Below are positions 56,700-64,000 of a DNA stretch of 64,000 nt, in pieces. This DNA comes from Botryllus schlosseri. Taxonomy: Eukaryota. How positions within the stretch are numbered: the stretch's first letter is position 1; each line of letters opens with the position of its first letter. Below the pieces are notes generated by a model. That model had not been told where the DNA came from. It searched no databases and worked only from the letters and a program-made list of their open reading frames with translations. A program made the position numbers and the translations under genes. The stretch is taken from NCBI GenBank assembly GCA_051294905.1, contig CM119372.1, positions 7,752,001 to 7,816,000 on the forward strand, written 5' to 3'.

Positions 56700-59600
56700 A
56701 TGGCTCCGCCAAAAGCAAGGAAGATAGCCATCATGGGCTATCGCTCCGTAGGTATGTAAATTGGATTATCAGTGAACCCGTCCCTCGGTGAACCCGTCCC
56801 GTGAACCCGTCCCTCGGTGAACCCGTCCCTCGATGAACCCGTCCCTCGATGAACCCGTCCCTCGATGAACTCGGCCCTCGGTGAATTCCGCCCTCGGGAA
56901 ATTTTGTATTCATCGGCAACCCTAATATCCCACCCCCGGCAACCCTAATATCCTACCCCAACCTTAATATCCCCCCTCCTTCAACCCTAATATCCCCCCT
57001 CCCCCAACCCTAATATCCCACCTCCGGCAACCCTAATATCCTAACCCTAACCCTAATATCCCCCCTATCCCAACCCTAATATCCAGGCCGTGTTATTTTT
57101 GGCATATGCCAAAACTGCCAAAAATAACTTATTTTTGGCATTTTTCGATTTTTATTTTTGGCAGTTTTGGCATCGTCCTCTAAATAGATAGTTTCAGCCT
57201 CGAATTAGTCACAAAAACGCTTTATTTGGGCTAGTTTGTCAAAAGACACCACAAAATGTGCAGCATCCACGTATAATCAGTGCCAACAAACAATAAGAAG
57301 AAGAAAAAACCTAACGATTTCATAGGTTAATAATATCAAACGAAACCACAAAATGTGCAGTATCCATCGGAATTGGTGCCAATAAGCAAAAAGAAAAAGA
57401 AAGAAAAGCCTAACAAACACGCTCAACAGCTGATTGTTACAGCTGTTGAATAGACTTAACTCGTCTGCACTGTAACAATGCTTCCAAACTCAGGTCAGCT
57501 AAGTTTCTCCTAAATTCATTTCTCGCCCAGCGAATCTGGGAAATATCGGCTTCAACAGTAGCCGTTGAGGGAAAGAGTGTTGCCAATCGTTCACAAAAGG
57601 TTTTCAGAGCTTCAAAATCTTTGGAGGGCCGAACCGGCTTCCATGCATCATGAAAAGAGATCACTTCGCCAGTGCCATCGATCTCATTCGCGGAAAGAAT
57701 TTTCTTCCCGATCCTTTTCCAGGAGTTTCCTGTGTTGTCTCTCAACACATTCTATTTAGTAGCCCGACTATCATTTCTCCTTCAGTGTACCGATATATTT
57801 TCGGAGGACTTTTGTCACTTCAGGTGGCTTTGATATTACCAACTCGCATGGAAGAGTCCTGGGAAGGTTAGCTTGTTTAAGAATATTGACACAACAAGAC
57901 TATGCAACTCAGAAATAGCCAGACAGTTTGTTGCGTCCCAATGTTCAACTCGATCACAATGCAAAAATCGTGGTTAATTTTGGGGGTTCCTGTTCCATGA
58001 GCAGAATATAATTTACATTTTAATAATCAGTACTGCGGCAGCTTCTCATTGATACCCGTTTTATCAAATTTAGCGCTCGACAAGCCGGTCAAAAATGGTC
58101 GTAAAATTGCCTGTGGACAAATGGAAAGTATGACGTAAACCAAATGCAGTCAGCCGTTCAATCTCGCTGTGCCCACACTATTTAGGACACCATGCTTTCA
58201 CCCCTAATGGGTGGGCTGGACCCAGATTAAGAAACCTGCCTTTCACAAACGCTCTTCTCGCTTGTACCGCGGCCCTGTTAACACAACACCATGAACGAAA
58301 TACACTAATTTGGCAAGCCGTGTTATTTTTGGCATATGCCAAAAATTGCTTATTTTTGGCATTTTCAAATTTTTATTTTTGGCAGTTTTGGCATCTGGCT
58401 CCTGAAATGCCAAAAATAACACGGCCTGCTAATATCCCACCTCCGGCAACCCTAATATCCTAACCCTAATATCCCACCTCCGGCAACCCTAATATCCTAC
58501 CCCAACCCTAATGTCCCCCCACCGGCAACCCTAATATCCCACCTCCGGCAACCCTAATATCCCACCTCCACCAACCCTAATATCCCCCCTCCCCCAACCC
58601 TAGTATCCTACCGGAACCCAATGTCCCACTCCCCGAACCCTAATGTCTCCCCCCCCTACCCTCCCCCAACCCTAACACCCCACCTCAACCTACAGTTGCA
58701 ATAACGAGCAGACCACGCGTGGTTGATATGCTGTGAGCAATAACAATCGTTGGGATATATTTTTCATCTGAACAAGTCACACACAATATACAATGCGATA
58801 AGACCCAATGCGATGTCATGAACAGATACGAGGATGTCGAACTTAATTTCAAATACACTTAATTTCAAAATTTCCCGAGGGCGGAATTCATCGAGGGCCG
58901 AGTTCATCGAGGGCCGGGTTCACCGAGGGCCGGGTTCACGGGACGGGTTCACCGGGGGACGGGTTCACTGGCAACCTGTAAATTGAAATGTATATTTATT
59001 AGATGAATGAACCAGTAATATTGAAGATCATGATAGAAATTCAGGCAGTAACATATGTTCAATGGGAGTGTTGAATCTTTACTTTACTCCAATTAGATAT
59101 TTTATGGCTGTATCACTATTATATGCACGAAGTAAAATCTACCAATAAGTGATCTAATAAATTATATTGCATACTGATATTATGAAGATGACCCGCTATC
59201 CTGATTCCTGTCAATGTCAATACTTGGTTCAACCTCTTTGAGTGATTTTTTCATGTTTGCACTTGGCATATTTCCTTGTAGGTGTAGCAGATGCTGTTGT
59301 TTTCGGACTTGGGTTGGTTAAGTTACCTTTGTTATTTAATTTGAACAGTGACCGGTGCCTTCCATTAATCCATGTTGTCTAATTCTAATTGTATCATAAC
59401 TCTTTTATTGGATATAAATATTAATAATCATGAATAAAATTGATTGATTGATCTCTTTCATTTTCAGGTAAATCATCCATCACTATTCAGTTCGTCGAGA
59501 ACCAATTTGTTGACTCGTATGATCCAACAATTGAAAATAGTACGTCTAAAATGTAACTGTTGCCGAATATTAGCACAAATCCAACGCGATCTTTTTCAGC

Positions 59601-61167
59601 ATTTTCTCGTTCCATGAAGATCAATAACCAGGAATATAATCTACAAATAATTGATACTGCTGGCCAGGTAGCTAGTTGATAATTGGTTCTTCGCCATAAT
59701 TCTGAAATTTGAACCATTTTCAGGATGAGTACTCCCTCTTTCCGGAGGCATACACCCTTGATATGAACGGATATATTTTGGTTTATTCTGTAAATTCCAA
59801 CAAAAGGTGGGTAACATTCTCTGGTAATGATCAGTATCCTTGAAACTTATTGTTGCGTGTACAATTATTTCCTTGCATTGATAATTGAAACATTTGCTGT
59901 TCAACATGATGGCATACAGACGTGGCCTAACTAACAATGGGCATAGTTAAATTATGGCTAATTTCCAGGGTTGTAATGACTCAAGTCATGACTCGAGTCA
60001 ATTTGTGTATTGACGCGATTTGTACTCGAGTCATTGTACATGACTCGAACCAAGTCATATGACTCGAGACTAGGACAGCCAAGGAAGACATTTCATGAAA
60101 CTTCGAAGGATAGTAAAGTCACCTCATTATTGGTTTCTTCTATCTCCGACTCGATTCTTTACTCACTGACTTGGACTCGGACTTGACTCAGTGTTGAATT
60201 GAAAATTACTCTACTTGACTCGAGTCAACACTATAAAAGTGAGATTTACTTGTGACTGGTAGTGTCGTAACCTTATGACTTGATTACAACACTGCTAATT
60301 TCCATCAACAACGAACGGAAACCTGATTTGAGTAGCCTACTAAATTCTGAGTCATGTACCGTTTAAAATGATTAAAGTTGGGTACGGTAGCGATGTCGAT
60401 TTTTTGGAGTGCTGATGTTATGCCTCTTCTGACTAATATTTATTTTATCAACTAAAATCACTGAACTATTTTCAACCATATGTTCCATTTGCAATTTTGA
60501 TTTGAAAATCTTTGTATATGTTCAGCTTTGAAGTCGTCAAGATCATACATGAAAAACTGCTTGATATGGTTGGGACGTTGCAGTAAGTGAAGCTTCTCAC
60601 CGGCTGAGAGGGTTGTGATGCTCACGCAATTTACTAATTAAGAGTCCCTGTGCTGCTGGTTGGTAATAAAAGCGACCTTCATATGGACCGAGTAATATCT
60701 ACCGAAGAAGGGAAGAAGGTGGCTTCAAGTTGGGGAGCCCACTTTATGGAGTGCTCCGCAAAGCGTAATGCGGTATGTGTTATTAGCTGTAAGGCAATGA
60801 TTGGTACGGTATTGATAGTGAGTGAAACTTTCATAACAGTCGAAGTAGCCCCTGTATCACGGGAATTGAAGAATATATTATTGGAAATTGTACCTATTTG
60901 TAGTGTCGTTAGTCATTTTGCGTTAGTCGCGAATATGCCCCTACTGTGTACATGTGATACCTCGACCAAATCAACTTAATATAAGAACTTGGTAGATTTC
61001 AGACATACATTTTCTATTTGATATGTCATTGACTATCAATGCCGTCTACGTAAAAAAGTCCGGTCTTATTTCAGGATGTGCAGTCCATCTTCAGAAGGAT
61101 AATCACGGAAATGGAAAAACTGGATGGAAATATTGTGGAAGAGAAAAAGAATTGTGTAATATCGTGA
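56700..61167 (+). CDS. RHEB: GTP-binding protein Rheb, 7 exons
   Basis: Exons 56700-56751 ([12 protein letters not shown]), 59468-59539 ([11 protein letters not shown]), 59600-59667 (DTAGQ), 59724-59806, 60526-60582, 60643-60772 (GNKSD, CSAK) and 61075-61167 ending in CaaX CVIS. Rheb-diagnostic Arg in the P-loop. Confidence 0.96.
56764..58976. mobile_element. Mutator-like non-autonomous element in Rheb intron 1
   Basis: Subterminal ~16-bp tandem repeats GAACCCGTCCCTCGAT, inverted at the other end; 9-bp TSD TGTAAATTG at 56755-56763 and 58977-58985; AACCCTAATATCC array. Confidence 0.75.
57084..58428 (-). mobile_element. Nested hAT element with transposase C-terminal relic
   Basis: TIR CAGGCCGTGTTATTTTTGGCA; 8-bp TSD CTAATATC; ORF 57437-57748 reads [27 protein letters not shown], like the hAT dimerisation domain. 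Confidence 0.85.
59966..60294. mobile_element. hAT-type MITE with GACTCGAGTC repeats, in Rheb intron 4
   Basis: CAGGGTTGTAAT...ATTACAACACTG; 8-bp TSD CTAATTTC. Confidence 0.85.
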
Positions 61168-61668
61168 TGAGGTGACCGCTGCAGTTGCGAAGGGCTGGCA
61201 GCGTCCCGCCGAGCAATCCATCCGGCGCCATGTAGAGCGTACGTCACGTTTGGAAGGATAATCTCTGCCTTGGACCCGTGGCTGTTGTTAGTTTGAATTG
61301 GTTTCATATTGGTCTCCAATGTTACTGTCGTTTTTTTCAACCGTCGGGCAACGGTTATGGAATACTTTGTGTCGAATGTCTAGCAAGGGTCCGACAGCTA
61401 TGTCTGTCCTACAGGCTACCACCTATTATGAATTGTAGAGGTAGCCTACTGGCATTGCAACCTTGCAATAAAGTACAAATTTGGGAAGCAAGATTGTATT
61501 GTAACTGCTTTCGATATTGTTAACCTATTCAAATGAATGTATTCTTTCGACCTGCGTCCGTTCTTACCTTGACAGGTCACCGTAGCTTGTGTACAGTCTG
61601 ATGCTGTGAAATTATTCATTTAGAATCTTGTTATTTGATGTATCGTTTCCATTTCGCTGTAATATAAT

Positions 61669-62187
61669 TAGGGATGGGCAAAATCGAGTACCTGAGTGAT
61701 TCGATTCTGAATCACGAAATATGCTTGAGTCGAGTTGAGTAATCGAGTTTCACTCATTATGGCATCATAACAGAATGTGATATGTCATAGTTCAAATATG
61801 TACCTTTTATGCGACCACTAAGAATATAATGCCTGTTATCCATCACATTAAAGACACTTTGGTATTTTTCGACCATACCGATTTCACTGCACTTGCGGTG
61901 ACAATGTTGTGGGATGATCATTGATCATGACCTCGGAAATTACCATTTCGAGTAACGTTCGTAGCTTTGTGCTATATGTTTAGTATGCTCTGATACGGCC
62001 AATCAAGGTTTCAAGGCTTCAACAGGGAAAATTAGTATCAAAACTAAAATTCTCGTTGATAACTTAACTTTCATTGACGAGGAGCATATAATTCCTGTGC
62101 TTGAAAAAATCGTCTTTTACTACTCGACTCGAATTATTAAAATTATCAATTCAGGTTCGAGTACTCGAATTATTGTGCCCAGCCCGA
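61669..62187. mobile_element. hAT-type MITE (TAGGGATGGGCA termini)
   Basis: TAGGGATGGGCAAAATCGAGTAC...GTACTCGAATTATTGTGCCCAGCCC; related fragment at ~18622-18835. Confidence 0.6.
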
Positions 62188-62938
62188 GTAATAAGTACCA
62201 GTTCAGCTGACGTATGCTGCGAGATATTTGGGACCGGTAACTAGTGTAGGTAGAGAAGAGCGACAATATCGGAGGCAAGTGGTTTACCGATGGAGGTGGT
62301 GCAACATTGTTCAAAACGCTTTGGTGACATACCACCGTGCGTGAGTACACGATGTACGCATAGGACTCCTAAATTGCGCAAGCGTCGTTTAATGGTGAAA
62401 ACTACATCGTACGACCAATTTAGGATCGGCCATACTTGATATACAACTAAAAACGTTCTGGCAATTGCGCACAAGCCTGTAGCGTCAATGCTACAACAAT
62501 GGAATAGGCGTAGCCTGGAGACGAAAGAAATAAACTTGAACGAATATATTTTCATCTGTGACCTCAAAAATATTTTCACGTACATTCAACTCTTCAATTG
62601 CCGTTCCCAAATTTCCATTCCGGCTACGCCTATGCTGGTTACAATCAGTTACAACTCAATAATGGTATGTTGTGATCTCGAAATGACGCAACGGTGATGT
62701 CATGATCGAAAATCAATAGGGATATAAAGCAAAAGGTCACGGATTTGATTAGTAAAATGTATGATCGGCCGAAAATCGATGGTTGTTGGCTGCCTCGACA
62801 AAATTCTTCGCGATCGATAGGTTGGGGATCCACTGATTACTTTCGAGTTTCTATATAGTATCCCTATCTCTAAAATGCCGAATATTTGCCGATATGGCAT
62901 TATCCGGATTCTGGAACTGTACGGTATCAGGCTACTCG

Positions 62939-64000
62939 TCAACGCCGATCAGGCCACTCGAGTTTGACGAGCCCCGCGGCGGCGTAGGATCCTACAATAA
63001 ACTTGCCTTCCGCGTATTCATGAAACTCCGACATAGCGCTGCAGTGCTTCCCGCTTTTATCAAAATGTATGCTCTGGACCGCGAAATCTTTGGAAATCTT
63101 GACCGCGGCGCCAGAAGTCGAGAAGCGAGCGACAGTCAAGTAAAATAAGTAATCGTGGCTTATCAAACCTCCCATGATGTCTCTGACGACGGGGAATTTC
63201 TCGGTGTAAAACCATTGCGGTCCGCCGAATGCTGCAATCGGCGCCCAATAGCCCCCCGACACGGACCGTCTGATGTTGTCAGACCCTCCGGGAAGCAGTA
63301 TCGTGTTGACTTTCTCGCTAGTCGCAACGTTAAAAACAGATATACGTTTTCTGGCAAATTCGGACACGAGAATTTTGCTTTCGTCAGCGCTCAACTCCAA
63401 ACCGTTCGGCAGGCATAGATTGTCTTTCCAAACGCGGAATTGATTCGTTTCCAAGTCTACTTTGATGATCCGTCCCGAACAATCTCCTTCGGTTATCATC
63501 CAGGCTGCTTCGGAAAACGTCCAACGCGCGCTGCTGTCGACGAAATACAGAGTCCTCCCGTTCTTTGTAATCGCCAAATCGTTCGGTAACATCAACGGCG
63601 GCGTTGTGTCCTTGTAACCGACGATGTTTTGCCATTGCAAGCTTGTTAGGTCTATGGAAAAAACGCCCTGAAAGGAATCTGCCACGTACAGCTTGTTGGC
63701 GAAATATCTGATTCCAAAGACTCGCCTCGTCGAGCGATCGCCACCCGCCGTATACGCGACATTTTGCGTGATGTCGACTACTGTTTGTTCGGGTTCTCCG
63801 AAGTTGATAATCTTCACAATTCTACCGTCCACCAGTCCGGTGTATAGATTCCCAGAATCGTCAATAGAAATTGACTCGGGAGCGATCAAGTCGTCCAAGA
63901 ATCTCACTCCTCGTTCGAGGTCTTTGTTGCTTTGCTTTGCCCAACTAGGAATCTTGTGGTTATCAACAATTGATATCGACGACAGTGGTGATGTCAGGTA
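62939..64000 (-). CDS. APMAP-like: Adipocyte plasma membrane-associated protein-like / strictosidine synthase-like beta-propeller (5' end outside the window)
   Basis: APESI..D..GNLYTGLVDGRIVKI, LYVADSFQG, PNDLAI..G..LYFVDSS, LCLPNGLELS.DE, LPGGSDNIRRS..GGYW; the frame stays open to base 64000. Confidence 0.85.
   Translation of the reverse strand, partial: YLTSPLSSISIVDNHKIPSWAKQSNKDLERGVRFLDDLIAPESISIDDSGNLYTGLVDGRIVKIINFGEPEQTVVDITQNVAYTAGGDRSTRRVFGIRYFANKLYVADSFQGVFSIDLTSLQWQNIVGYKDTTPPLMLPNDLAITKNGRTLYFVDSSARWTFSEAAWMITEGDCSGRIIKVDLETNQFRVWKDNLCLPNGLELSADESKILVSEFARKRISVFNVATSEKVNTILLPGGSDNIRRSVSGGYWAPIAAFGGPQWFYTEKFPVVRDIMGGLISHDYLFYLTVARFSTSGAAVKISKDFAVQSIHFDKSGKHCSAMSEFHEYAEGKFIVGSYAAAGLVKLEWPDRR

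Noticed and set aside
56770..56900. Regular ~16-bp direct repeats resembling a CRISPR array
   Set aside because: No unique spacers; the repeats are mirrored at 58875-58970 as transposon subterminal repeats; eukaryotic context with no cas genes.
57437..57748. Functional transposase gene
   Set aside because: Only a C-terminal relic; no autonomous element is visible anywhere in the window.
61165..61170. Tandem TGA TGA at the end of Rheb as readthrough or selenocysteine
   Set aside because: It follows a canonical CaaX box; an ordinary double stop.
62939..64000. Horizontally acquired bacterial or plant strictosidine synthase
   Set aside because: APMAP-like proteins are native to animals, and other native genes here are also intronless; only a phylogeny could reopen this.

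Overview
Eukaryotic (animal) genomic DNA with GT-AG spliceosomal introns, many only 50-120 nt long, and a dense load of non-autonomous DNA transposons. A compact invertebrate chordate such as an ascidian is plausible, but that is inference only. Recognisable genes: an intronless, divergent 14-3-3 (epsilon-like, -); a multi-exon Enhancer of polycomb (EPC1/2, +, 21596-40230); a co-oriented minus-strand trio of TMEM127 (intronless), AP3M1 (intronless) and CDK2 (7 exons); Rheb (+, 7 exons, head-to-head with TMEM127); and an APMAP/strictosidine-synthase-like gene running off the right edge. Three uncharacterised genes can be built by hand: a coiled-coil protein, a long basic low-complexity protein, and a 101-aa protein that is about 30% histidine with a dehydrin-like poly-Ser/acidic/poly-Lys layout, seen only as a fragment in the ORF track. 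Repeats: many hAT-type MITEs with 8-bp TSDs, three long fold-back palindromes inside introns (one built from two transposase 3' ends), multi-level nested insertions, a tRNA-derived SINE family, Mutator-like elements carrying CCCTAA-rich arrays, and Penelope-like GIY-YIG remnants whose 3' region carries a dispersed minimal hammerhead-ribozyme-like motif. No prokaryotic system or CRISPR array is present. All exon boundaries were read by eye and may be off by a few bases where marked approximate.
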